Below the pieces are notes generated by a model that did not search any database, was not told where the DNA came from, and was given only the letters and a program-made list of their open reading frames with translations. A stretch of 63,559 nucleotides of DNA, the filler included, from Dicyema japonicum (lineage: Eukaryota > Animalia > Dicyemida): the NCBI GenBank assembly GCA_011109175.1. It is 7 parts of 7 records of this genome, joined end to end, with 100 filler letters (N's around TTAATTAATTAA, not from the genome) between each part and the next. Parts side by side here need not be neighbours in the genome. Positions count along the whole stretch, not along the records: positions 33,187 to 54,336 come from RDEW01000049.1; 6 more parts are not named here. The stretch is one strand, 5' to 3'. A program made the position numbers and the translations under genes. Of the stretch, positions 36,961 through 49,589 are shown piece after piece. The number at the start of each line of letters is the position of its first letter. The first letter of the stretch is position 1.

Positions 36961-39900
36961 ATTTATAAAAAATTCAGAGTATAAAGAAGTCATAAGGATA
37001 CGGAACGTGCATTCACAATGCTTCATAATGTCGTCAAAAAGAAACTACTGAGAATGTTCTTAAACTATACAGATTTAAAGAGATGTTGTACATTCACTAC
37101 AGAAATAACAAAATAACATGAAAATAACAGTTATATATTCTGCAACAGTTTATTCTGAAGACAATCAGGTTCTAGGGTCAGGAATGTTAATATAAATTAT
37201 CAATACAACTAATTGTGAAAAGGCCGGAATTGTTAAAATCGTCCAATATAATAATTCCAATGTCTAATGCCAAAATCACTTGAAATGGATAATAATTAAG
37301 CCATTTCCTCAAATAGAGATCTCTTACTCTACTTTCTACTTGAAGAGTACAAATGGATGTCGCGTCCCGCACGGGTTACCCATCCTGTGCTGGTTACATG
37401 CTACCTGTCATTCAATCAATATTAATTGGTTTCTAATAAAAAAATCAGAGAATTTATTTTTTGTAAGTATATATTTTGTTGACTTGGCTAAGTTGACTAT
37501 TTTTAATTCTCATGAAAGTGCCTTGATCTGTTATAACAATATTAAACAAACTTCCATTCGGTTGTTCGACAAAATTGGAGTACTTTCACTTGGTTATTCA
37601 TATGGAGATTCAAATAAGCTCCACTTTATCGATGGATTAGTCCCATAATCTTTAAGACTCGTATCTAAAATTATTCACTAAAAACACCTCATTCCCAATT
37701 AAAACAGGCTGAATCTAGATTTGGTGGAAAAAATTAAGATCAAAATGATCTGCATCTATGTTTTCTAGCATATTTTGTACAACAATTACATGAAACATTT
37801 GAAATATGTTCCACGTCAAAATCTTCTGTTGATCGTGAAAAAACATCATCCGAACTCTCACTTTCTGTGAAATTAAAAAAAACCTTTATGCTCACTTCTT
37901 TTTTAATTAATTTTTATAGTTTTTAGTTGATTGAAAAATTTCTTGTCAAATTTGGTCAAACCTTTCTATGATCCCATGAAACAAATAAACTATTATTTAA
38001 TTACTTGTGATTAAGGATAATTTGGTATTCCATAAAAGCACATGTTGAATATTTATAAATAACAACAAAATTATATATTTCCGACATGAGTAAAAATGAT
38101 TAAAGTCACATTAAGTATGACATCTACCTGCGATTGACAGAGACATGTTACCAGCATAGGACGCGTAACCACCATGAGACAGAATAGCTCTAATAATTTG
38201 CAAATATGNGACATCTAACTGCGATTGACGGAGACATGTTAGGACGGGTAACCACCATGGGACAGAATAGCTCTAATAATTTGCAAACATGTACCTCAGC
38301 TAAGCTTATTGTAGTTATTTATTTTTGTTTTTCATAACTTTCCAGAACACGCAGCTTTTTTCAATTTTCTGTGGAAATTCAAACAATTCAGTCAGTCTGA
38401 AAAGCCCCATTTGAGTAAAAAATTTCGAGGAAATAATTTGTAACTGATAAAGTAGATTCAAGATTATTCCCATCCAAGAACGACTCAAAGACTAAAGACG
38501 GAAAATTCTTTACCAACTGTAACTCTCCCTGTCGTTTTGTCTCAAAACCCTAAAGTAAATGCTAAAATTACCTCAAGTTCAACTTAGAATGGTCTAATAC
38601 AGCATACTGTTTAATTAATTCCTTTCACTCATATTTGGAAGCAGAGAGAATCACAGCCAAATATGGTCCATGAATCTCAAAAATATAGAATTCTAAAATC
38701 GAGTAGAATAAATATATTTAGTTTCATTAACTAATTCCGGTATTAATAATTTGTGAACTTTTCTTCTAAATTAATAGCAAAACTAAGCTGACCAAATGAT
38801 TTAATATTGAGTTAATGAGTGATATTGCTATTGTCATGGTTGATGCTTTAACAGAATCAGGAAAAGTGGATGGAATACCAAACTCAATCAGTATCCAATT
38901 CCAGCCATCGAGCACTATATGATAAACACAACAAACCCTTTTTAATAAACATTTTACCCAATTGAAGAAAATCATAATTAAATTTAAATTTATTAAAACA
39001 TTCATTGCACTTTTTAATAAATTCTGTATTCTCTCAATTTTCATTGGCATATGTAAGTTTATTTTTCGATATCTTCAATAATACCTTAAACATCCACGTC
39101 CTATCTCTGAAATCCCTTACAGTATTATATAAAATGGATTCTCTCAATTACAAACAATGGCCTTTTCCTTTACGAGTGGAATGTGAATTGTGTGATAGGC
39201 TTTCTGACAGTAATTTAATTCAGAATAATACTCTCAATGTTTATTCTTCATCCTTTGGTAGTTAGTGAAATGGAATACTTTACCCTTTTTCTGTAAATAT
39301 TTCCTCCAATTGTTTTGTAATAAATTTAAGTTCTTCATAGTTATCACTACAATGTACATTAGTCCTGAGTATTCTGTCCTCTCAATTCCAAATTATCTCT
39401 TGTTCACAGTTTGAACGAAGGTTATTAACATGACTTTAGGCACATTTACTATCACTTGGAATGGCATATAGCTAAAGTATATTTGAGCATTAACTTGTAG
39501 TCTATTAGTCAATATATTATTTGGACACATAGTCACAATGTCCACATAGTACATCAATGGTGTACAAATAAATGTGGATGATTTCAAATATCCAATTTGT
39601 TTAAGCAGTAAACATACGCTCCAAAATACATATTATGTTCCTCAGAGAATAATAGATGTAGAACAGAACGAATATTATTAGCAAACCATTCAATAGTAGA
39701 TTAACTATTTAAATTACTATAATTACTACAATTCTAAATTTAGATAGTATATCAGTTCTAAAAGTCCAATTTCTAATCCTCCACGTGCCCACATATATAT
39801 GTATCTGATTATATTACTTGTCCATCCTCAGTAAAACAATCTGCTTCCATATGGCTGATAGTACCTAAAGAGAGTGCCTGTCCCTTTTCTTAGGACCTTA

Positions 39901-41936
39901 AATAATATGTATAAACAACCTCATCAAGAATGTGTAATAATTAATGGAAACATATAAGTGTGAATAAAATCAAATAATAAGTAGCAACAGCATCAGAGTG
40001 AGCTTCAAAGGATTGAAGATCCTCACTTCCTTAGAATACACATCTTCAAGGTCCACCTCAACTGGTTCATACATCAATTTAGTTCGGTTACTCCTTTAAG
40101 TCCCTGACTCCCAATTGGAAAGAACTATCTTTTTTTACTCATCTAATATAACAATAAAATAAACTTATCCATAATACATGCACAACGATAAATATAATCT
40201 CCTTGATAACCCTTCTTTATTCCAATCTCATCACACATGGTTATATTGTGAAATAAAGCTCTAGCATCTTAAATGTGACAAATGCATCCGCTTAAATTGT
40301 ATCACATGGTCAAGAAAGGTAGTCAATGTTCCAATCTCATCACACATGGTTATATTGTGAAATAAAGCTCTAGCATCTTAAATGTGACAAATGCATCCGC
40401 CTAAATTGTATCACATGGTCAAGAAAGGTAGTCAATGCAGATTTCTGTTATTAATATAAATACAACTTCATCTGGCTGATTTATCATTGTAAACTTTCCA
40501 CCAACCACAGGAATGGGTATATACTCAAAATCATGAACATCATGAGGTACCACATCACGATTGATGACTAGAAATCTCTATTGTGACATAAATATGATAC
40601 ATTTCTATAAAGAAAATACAAAGTCATAAATCCTCAAAATTTGTTATTCTTCCTGAATGCTTTTGTCCAATGAGAACATCATCATACATCACGTAAAATA
40701 TGCTTCATAGAGCATAGTAAGCTTTTGTTACAATTCAACATACTTTAGGTTTGTTTCCATTCTCATCCATGAAGTAAAGTATGACTGATGGCACAAGTTG
40801 ACCATACTAATCAGCTGTAACGCTCTTCTCCTATAATGTATGTTATATAGTCTTCATATTGATTAAAAAGCCTTCCTTTCTGATTTTTTGTCATTATTTA
40901 TAGCCGTATCTCTGTTTTCAAATAAATTCCTTCCTTTTGCATTTACCGATTATCAATCTTTGTTTCCCACTATTTCATATATTTAAATTTAATATTTTAA
41001 ATATTAATTTAATATTAATAATATTTATTTTATCACTCCTTTAGAATAAAATCCAAAGATTGTAAAAATAGTTATTAATATTAATTATTCGATGTTCAGT
41101 CTGCTGTATCGGACTACAAATNNNNNNNNNNNNNNNNNNNNNNNNNNNNNNNNNNNNNNNNNNNNNNNNNNNNNNNNNNNNNNNNNNNNNNNNNNNNNNT
41201 CTCCTTGATAACCCTTCTTTATTCCAATCTCATCACACATGGTTATGAAATGAAGCTCTAGCATCTTAAATGTGACAAATGCATCCGCTGAAATTGTATC
41301 ACATGGTCAAGAAAGGTAGTCAATGCAGATTTCTGTTATAATATAAATATAATTTCATCTGGCTGATTTATCATTGTAAACTTTCCACCAACCCCAGGAA
41401 TGGGTATATACTCAAAATCATGAACATTATGAGGTACCACATCACGATTAATGACTAGAAATCTCTATTATGACATAGATATGATACATTTCCATAAAGA
41501 AAATCGAAGTCATAGATACTCCAAATTCGTTATTCTTCCTGAATGCTTTTGTCCAATGAGAACATCATCATACAGCACGTAAAATATGCTTTATATATCA
41601 TAGTTAGCTTTTGTTACAATTCAACATACTTTAAGTTTTTTTCCATCCTCCTCCATAAAGAAAAAGTTGACTGATGGCACAAGTTGACCATACTAATCAG
41701 TTGTAACGCTCTTCTCTTATAATGTATGATATACAGACTTCATATTGATTAAAAAACCTTCCTTTCTGATATTTTGTCATTATTCATAGCAGTATCTCTG
41801 TCATCAAATAATTTCCTTCTTTTTGCATTTACCGGCTATCAATCTTTGTTTCCCACTGTTTGATTTATTTAAATTTAATATTTTAAATATTAATTTAATA
41901 TTAATAATATTTATTTTATCACTACTTTAGAATAAA

Positions 41937-42280
41937 GATGCTTGGTTGCAAGGTCCTCGTTATTCCTATAGTAATGACGTATGAAGGAATTGCAATAAAG
42001 TACCACAAGGGTTATCTGAAGCAGTTGGGGGTAAATAGGAAGCTCCAGGGCTATTTACAGTCCACTATGTTAAAGCGGATCCTAGAGAGCCTGAGACTGG
42101 AGTATAGGAGGCAGAGCCCTGAGATGCCATATGGGCAGAGGGTTCAATTGGACAAGGCGCTCTCGGAGTTGTTTCAGCAACCAGAATCGAACTTGCCTGA
42201 GGAGGATGGCGAACAGGCAGGCGAGGAAGGTTGTTGATTATTAAATATTAACTTTTTGTCGTTTGTTAAATAAAGTGGAT
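41937..42280 (+). mobile_element. 5'-truncated R4/Dong-like retroelement with 12-bp TSD
   Basis: ORF 41938-42237 CKVLVIPIVMTYEGIAIKYHKGYLKQLG...YLQSTMLKRILES; CTTTAGAATAAA at 41925-41936 and 42281-42292. Confidence 0.85.
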
Positions 42281-42636
42281 CTTTAGAATAAAACCAAAAG
42301 ATTTAAAAATAGTTATTAATATTAATAATTCGATGTTCAGTCAGCTGTATCNGGAGTATAGGAGGCAGAGCCCTGAGATGCCATATGGGCAGAGGGTTCA
42401 ATTGGACAAGGCGCTCTCGGAGTTGTTTCAGCAACCAGAATCGAACTTGCCTGAGGAGGATGGCGAACAGGCAGGAGAGGAAGGTTGTTGATTATTAAAT
42501 ATTAACTTTTTATCGTTTGTTAAATAAAGTGGATCTTTAGAATAAAACCAAAAGATTTAAAAATAGTTATTAATATTAATAATTCGATGTTCAGTCAGCT
42601 GTATCGGACTACAAATTTTATGGATAGGTTTTCGCT

Positions 42637-44240
42637 GTGCACAAGTATTTACTTTCCGGATTACATTGCTTTTGGAAGATAAATGATCGGATTATCGTCA
42701 TTCAATTACTTATTGGACCCAGATGGAAATCTAGACAGCTAATCTCTCTTGTAAATGTGTACGTCACATATAGTAGCAGCGTTTTTAAGACTGGAAGAAT
42801 TGGGCGCTTTTTACAAAGAACTTGTCAAGATTGTATTTCACCTGAAGTCTTTTTCATTCATCTTATTACGGGCGATTTGAATGCTTTTGACTTTTTCCTA
42901 TGCAACACCAAATTCAAACATTCCGGACGTCATAAAACAATCTGGGAATGCTCCTGACTTTCGAACACTGGAATTCCGATAATGATTTATAATTGACTAT
43001 ATTGTTTTTCGAATAATAGACAAATCTCTGTACGCGACTGGAGGTCTTATGGATGCCTCATTCTTATCAGTGACCACAGAATTATGTATTTAAAATTCAA
43101 TCTAACTCTGATCTAACTGAGCCAGATGGCAATGAGATTAACAATCGAAATCTAAGTAGATGTTTCATCCAAACACAATGTGGTAGGAATTCCACGAGAT
43201 CATGAAGGAGGAATATGACTGAACTTTTGGACTAGTTGCAAGAATGCAAACAGAATATCAAGAGTGTGTATCAGAGTCTATCAGAAGTATAGGAACGGAT
43301 CTTCAACCGGGAAAGACATGGTACGAAACTGTGAGAGGGATCTTTCCCGCAGCTGACGAACACCTTGGGAAACCTAAGACTTGCTAGCCCTATTGTATCT
43401 GCAGAAGGATTTAAGGATCAGATCCGAAAATAATGTGAATCCGCAAACTGTTTCCAAACTGATACGAGAAAGAAGGCGAATTGAGAGAAAATCAAACTCT
43501 TAAACGACATCACCACCCACTTGGATACAAAATTAAATAAGTCGAACTCTTTAACAGCGCTGTAACATTTATGGCTATTCGACTAATGAAAAGGAAGAAC
43601 CAATCAGGAGAGCTTCTGCAAGACAGAAATGTAAAAAGAATAGAAACTGCTACCGAACAGACAAAGTTCGGCGCATGACACTTTGAACAATTTTTCTTTG
43701 TGAAAGGAGAGAAATCTGACTTAGCAAGAAGACATCAAACACGAACGGATCATCTTACCGGAGGAGGTCAGTAGAGTGATAAAGAAGCTCAAATTTGGTC
43801 GCTCTCCAGAACCAGACAACATATCCTCAGAACTGTTAAAATTTGGCCCAGCAGAACTTGCAGAGAAACTCTCAAGATTGCTGAATGATATGATAGCTAA
43901 CAAGACTTTTCAGATTAATACCAGTCCAGATAGGATCTGTTGAAAACTTGAGTCCTGTCATCCTTCTAAACACCCTTTCAGAAGATCCTTGACCTGATTG
44001 TATTTAATCGGATATAAGAACCAGTGAACGGGTACTTGATTCAACGCCAGAGTCGGTTCAGAACAGAGATCAACAGCTGATGTATTATGGTTTCATGGGT
44101 GACAGTGTGCTATTCAGCAAATACTCCAAAGTTCAATGATTATTCTTGGAATTGATCTCACCAAGGCTTTTGACACTGTCCGTCTAGGAAAACTCATTTT
44201 TGAAAGTTTCCTGGATCAGGACTCGGTCACAATAATACGG
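42637..44240 (+). mobile_element. RTE-like LINE remnant (APE plus RT)
   Basis: VNVYV, GDLNA, SDHRIM, EEVSRVIKKLKFGRSPEPDNISSELLKFG, LGIDLTKAFDTV. Many frameshifts. Confidence 0.8.
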
Positions 44241-45273
44241 ATCTTCCTATAAAAACCAGTGTACCGAAAACTGTAGGAAATTCATAAAACTTGGCCTTTT
44301 TCTCGGGGACTCCGTAGACATTTCCAGATAAAAATTGTTATCTACGGTGACCATGCAATAGTTTTTGTACGGATGGAGATAAAAGCGTCCAGTCTGCACA
44401 ACACTTCGACTCAGATTGTATGAGGTAGTCGGAAAACCGATCCTTACGTACAACTCTAGAATTTACTTGGTGCGCAATTGGGCACCAATTTGATTGACGA
44501 CCTCTTTAGTTATTTCATTAGGGGATAGGATCTCCTCCAACAGGTTGAGGGCTTGGTATTGGGATTTTTGATTAGCGGGGGTAAATTCTTCCCAATAGCT
44601 TGCTGTCCTCTCATTACCCATCTTCAGTTCCGATTTCAATAATGGTTAAATCTTGATGAATGGCTAACTGCTGTTGCAAGTTCAAAAATGAAGAGGCAGT
44701 CATCTATTGTTTCGGATCAACAATCAATAATTTTTCTCCCATCATTTTGTTTTTTATCTTCCGACGTGAATAAGGCTGGGCTGTTGAATAAATGTATTAT
44801 CAATGCTATCATGATCATTATATATAATATTGTCTATATCTTCACAATGATCTCAATTGTACTCTTCATCAATGGTTATATACATGTTTATTTACCTTCA
44901 AAAGAATCAGAATGGTGGGCACTCCATATATCAGTACGTTGATCACCCTCTTCATCCTCGCAACTATTTTCCCATTTTCCACTTTTTGAACTATAAGCTC
45001 TATCCTCCCTTGCATTTAAATCCTGACATAAGGTATGCTGTGTTTCTAAATCTGATTTAATATCCTTTAATGACCGTGGGTACGATCACGGCAATGGCTA
45101 CTGGTAACCCTTGTTGGTGGGCTCAACCCTTTGTCCTGATCCTTAGAAAGCTGGTTTTCGTATTACTTTAATTTTTTGATTGTTTAAAGAATAAATAATT
45201 TCCAATTTTATATTGCACTTTTGGAGATCTTCAAAAGATTGCTTAAACAAGTTCTTGTTTGAGTGGTGTAAAG

Positions 45274-45345
45274 CAGTTGTCCCCAACCGGTGGGGAGGGG
45301 ACCAGTGCCAGTCCGTAACCAATTGGTATGGGACCGCACAAGAAA
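45274..45345 (+). mobile_element. hAT (Charlie/Buster-like) terminal sequence
   Basis: CAGTTGTCCCCAACC...GGACCAGTGCCAGTCCGT...GGGACCGCACA resembles Charlie-type ends. The 5' flank GTGTAAAG fits nnnTAnnn. Partner end not found. Confidence 0.4.
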
Positions 45346-45904
45346 TACACTTTATAAATATATTTTTATACATGTGCGCATTTTAAAGTAATTTATCTCA
45401 GTTTCTACACTTTGTCATAAACATAGTAATGACCNATATTTTTCATACATGTGCGCACTTTAAAGTAATTTATCTCAGTTTCTACACTGTCATAAACATA
45501 GTAATGACCTTATACCTTTGGTAATATAGCTCATCTATAGAGTTCAACGTCTATTTCAATATTTTTTTTATTTATTCTGCTGTTGATGCTGGCATTGCTT
45601 GAACTTTCTCAAATTGCTCATGTTGCAGGCACAGCAATTGGACGATGACTTTTCGAGTAACATTCCATTGAATCAACAATAGGTGAATGTCAAGAATAGG
45701 AGGAAAATCTCAATAGACAAAAATCAACACAACATGGCAATACAACACGTTTTTTAATAATCAATTTGTTTATCCAGTTCCCATAGTTGGAATGAGACTT
45801 AAGAATTACGTCCATCTATGTCCGCCATTGTGGGAACCTACAGTAGAATAGGAAAGAGATAGATCCTTTTTAATTTTTAGTTAATAATAATAAATTTCCT
45901 ATGC

Positions 45905-46110
45905 AATACTGCATTTACGAATCCTGCCTGCCACAAAACTACGTGGATGGGGAAGCGAAGGAACTCAGAAGGAAAGCTGGTCCCAATAAACAACCAAATA
46001 GATTTTGTCATATACCGAGCTAAAGACAAACAGCTTCTAGTAAACGCACGTTAATATGAGGACTCGACGACTGTCAGCGACCACAAGATGGTTATTGCGA
46101 CCTTCACCCT
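45905..46110 (+). mobile_element. RTE-like endonuclease C-terminal fragment
   Basis: HKTTWMG...NQIDFVI...LLVNAR*YEDSTTVSDHKMVIAT. Confidence 0.75.
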
Positions 46111-46689
46111 GAAAAAAACATGCCATCAAATACAGGAATGCCAAAAATCACGAATTTGAAAAAATGAGAGGCGACTACGCGACTGAAAGGCTGATTTCCC
46201 AGCCGGAGACTACTGAGAGATATCAACAATACATTCAGACTCNCAATGATTTCCATTCCTTCTGATACAATGAAAGTGGCTTACATTCATCCTTCATTCC
46301 TGAACTGACCTATGCGTTTTCTCCATGAAACCTAAATCTAAATTTACCTCCAAAGAAGCATGGGTTTCAGTCATTGTTAGTTGTTCTTTCAAGTGAGTTA
46401 GTAGGGCAAGCAATTGTCTAAATTGCTCCTGTTGTTCCTCTGAGTACAAAGAACAGCTGTGGCTATCCCAATATAGCTTGGTTACATGAATCCATAAAAT
46501 TGACCTAAATCTGAATCCACCTCTAAAGAAGCATGGGTTTCCGTCATTGTTAGTTGTTATTTCAAGTGGGTTAGTGAGGCAAGCAATTGTCTAAATTGTT
46601 CCTGTTGTTCCTCTGAGTACAAAGAACAGCTGTGGCTATCCCAATATAGCTTGGTTACATGAATCCATGAAATTGATAAAATACTCATA

Positions 46690-46910
46690 TGTTTACATCG
46701 CCTTCGTAAATCACTTCTAATTACTTTTAGTTATAGCAGTGTGAGTTCCCTCATAGCTGCTTCCAAATAGATATTGAACACTAAAGTGGAGAGGGAGTCT
46801 CCTTGAGAGGAGCCCGAGAGTAGAATTCTGATCATTCTCACGCTTGACTCATCGAGAAATTATTCCCTTATTATTTTATACATGTTAACCACGTCTTGAT
46901 AAGTCTATTA
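46690..46910 (-). mobile_element. RTE-like RT fragment
   Basis: SSQGDSLSTLVFNIYLEAAMREL. Confidence 0.6.
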
Positions 46911-47836
46911 CAGAATGTTGATACTTTATTGTATTTGCACCTTCATCTGAGGCTTCAAATACAATTTGACTTTTTGGTAAGAGGATGCTTTATTCGTTAC
47001 AGCAAAGATTGTCAAACGGTGTGCCGCGAAAAAATTTCTAACGTGCCGCCGACCAAATACAAATTTGAATAAATATATTTACACTTTTTGGTTTATATCA
47101 ATTCATGTCTCAATTTAAAAAGGTTAACAAATTAAAAATAATTATTAAAATTAAATTAATCAATTTTTTATTATATGTGACAGTAATAAGTTCATTAGAA
47201 AACGACATATATATAAAATTATATGTAACAAAAAGATATATTTTAAAAAAGTATAACGTATCTGAATGGATTTAGTGGGTCTCGACAAGGAAATACTTGA
47301 AAAAATAAAAAATTCAAGATTCAATCCAAGCCAATTTGGGAAGAAAATCTTGATATTATAACGACCATTCAATACAATTAATGTCGAAAAATCTATTAAA
47401 CATTAAAATAAAAAAAACTAAGCAAAAATTAACTTTTAATATTAAAAATACTTCTTTTCTTAGCTCTTACCCTTAATAACTAAAATGAGTTCCATACAGT
47501 TAATACTCCTACTCTAACATAAAACTTAAACCCTAACCTTAATCCCTATATATAAACTCTAACTTTAAACCGCAATTTTTATTCTTAAACCTAAAAACAT
47601 CATAAAACCTATCCCTTAACCATCCATGTCTATTATAACCATAACTTTGACGAATTCAAATCCCTTTCATAAAAATAGCTAAGTGTGATCTCATCCCTAA
47701 AGCAATTTTCAACATCCACAATAATTAATACAAACATCAATCATAATCAATACCTAATTTCACTCCTAATCAAAATCTCCACGTTAAGCCAAAAAGATAA
47801 AAAAATATTTCTTTAATGGAAAGTCATAACTTAACT

Positions 47837-48362
47837 TTGGTTGAGGTGGTGACGTCCTTCTTGAAAAGTATGTCTGATAAACACGAAAATTGCAACCTAA
47901 ATGACTTCTCTCTTTTAACGTTCAATGTCAAAGGACTCTCTAGTGCATAGAAAAGAAAAGAACTATGTGAAGACCTTTCAAAATACAAGATATCAATCGG
48001 ATGTCTCCAAGAGACAAAAATATCGAAGGAGTTTGAAATCTTATACAAGAGAACAGGAACTGAGCCAATATCATGTGAGATTACTGATTCAAGATGGATG
48101 CTCTTTGGACACATACTCCACCACGATATGGGGACCCCTGCCAACATAGCAATGGAGGAATATTTTGTCTTAGAAGCTTCTCGTTTCCGCGGCCGGCCGA
48201 GGACAAAACTGCCGGTTATTCTGGATGAAGATCTCAGGATACGCTACGGAACATGGCAACGGATCGAAAAAAATGGGGGACGTTAATTAGATTGTTAACT
48301 TTTCGTGTTGCACATGCTTTGTCATGATCTTGGCATCGCGTACGTGCCTATAATAATAAATA
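47837..48362 (+). mobile_element. 526-bp non-autonomous RTE deletion derivative with (TAA)n tail and 11-bp TSD
   Basis: APE N-terminus FSLLTFNVKGL...IGCLQETKISK is fused to the ORF2 C-terminus ILYKRTGTEPISCEITDSRWMLFGHIL...FRGRPRTKLP. ATAACTTAACT at 47826-47836 and 48363-48373. Confidence 0.88.
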
Positions 48363-48759
48363 ATAACTTAACTGTTGTTAATGTGGAAATTGTATAAAAA
48401 TAGAACTACTGATGAATTATCGGATTATGCATTGGAGTCTATAGAATATTTTGGTGGCAAAGATAAAAATATTAGATTAAAAGTCAAATTGTATTGTGGT
48501 TTGTTACTTTAAAGACAAAACTCTGAGGAAATTCACATCGAATTGCAGCAGACAGGATGGAAGAAAAGCGTAAATGGAAATACGATGAAGATGGGTTCAA
48601 AATTCGCGGCATGGTTATTTTAAGGTATAACATCATTAAATATTATTTAGACAGGATAATGATGCCAATACGAGACAATTTCCGTTATAAATTCAAGTTT
48701 GCAGTGACACTGAAAAAAATACGACAATATGAGTAAAATTGTAAGTGATATACCAAATG

Positions 48760-49060
48760 ACAGAATTCAAATCGATTGACCTAAAAATGAAAAATTTCCT
48801 TTGTTGTTATCTGTGATTGACGTCGCATTGAAGTCGCCGAAAATTAAAAAAAATCTTCCTGAACTATGTATGGCCCGCGCAGATATTTTCAGTCTGATAA
48901 TGGGACCGAATTCAAGAATACATTGCTAAGTTATGTGAAGAATTCAACATCACATGAATCCATGGAAGGCCAAGTAATCCACAATATCAGAGGCTTGTTG
49001 AGAGAGTCAATCAGACGATCACATGAAGTTATCAAGAGCTAAAAATCTGAACTTCCAGGC
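48760..49060 (+). mobile_element. Ginger2/KRBA2-like integrase fragment
   Basis: IFQSDNGTEFKN...LCEEFNIT*IHGRPSNPQYQRLVERVNQTI. Confidence 0.75.
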
Positions 49061-49589
49061 TTCAAGTTATATGTGTCACTGGAATAAGCATACTCATACC
49101 TTATATGAAGGATCTCTCCAGCAAATTTCTTGAAGGCCTTCCAAATTTTGTTGAATAAAATTATAGGAATATGTGAGAGTAAAGATGAACAAAATTCAAA
49201 TTTACTTTTGTTAAATAACAATATAATTAATCAAAACTGAAAACTAAAAAATGAATAAAATATTAAAATACTTTCACATAATTTCTTCATTATTAGAAGT
49301 TGCAACATGAAATGATAAATCAAAGAACTATTTTATAGAAGTTTGACAAATCTTGCACATTCAATAGCAAAGAAATATTAATAGAAACAAACATATATAA
49401 ATACTAAAGACACAACACAGCCCCACAAGAAAGGCACTCATTGCATGTATGATAAACTTAATTAATAATGGTTAACCATATTAAAATATAAATTTCAACT
49501 AATATAATAATATTTTAAATTATTTATTTGATTTATCAAAGTTGCTTTTATTAACTTTTTATTTTCGGATTTTCGGAAGCTATTTTAGT

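Noticed and set aside
38940-39600. Long protein-looking minus-strand frame (DVLCGHC...FLQLG) as a stop-readthrough gene
   Set aside because: Stop density is about what random AT-rich DNA gives, and no homologue was recognised.
47003-47060. Second hAT-like terminus pairing with 45274
   Set aside because: Same orientation and a different sequence, so it cannot be the partner TIR; too short to call.
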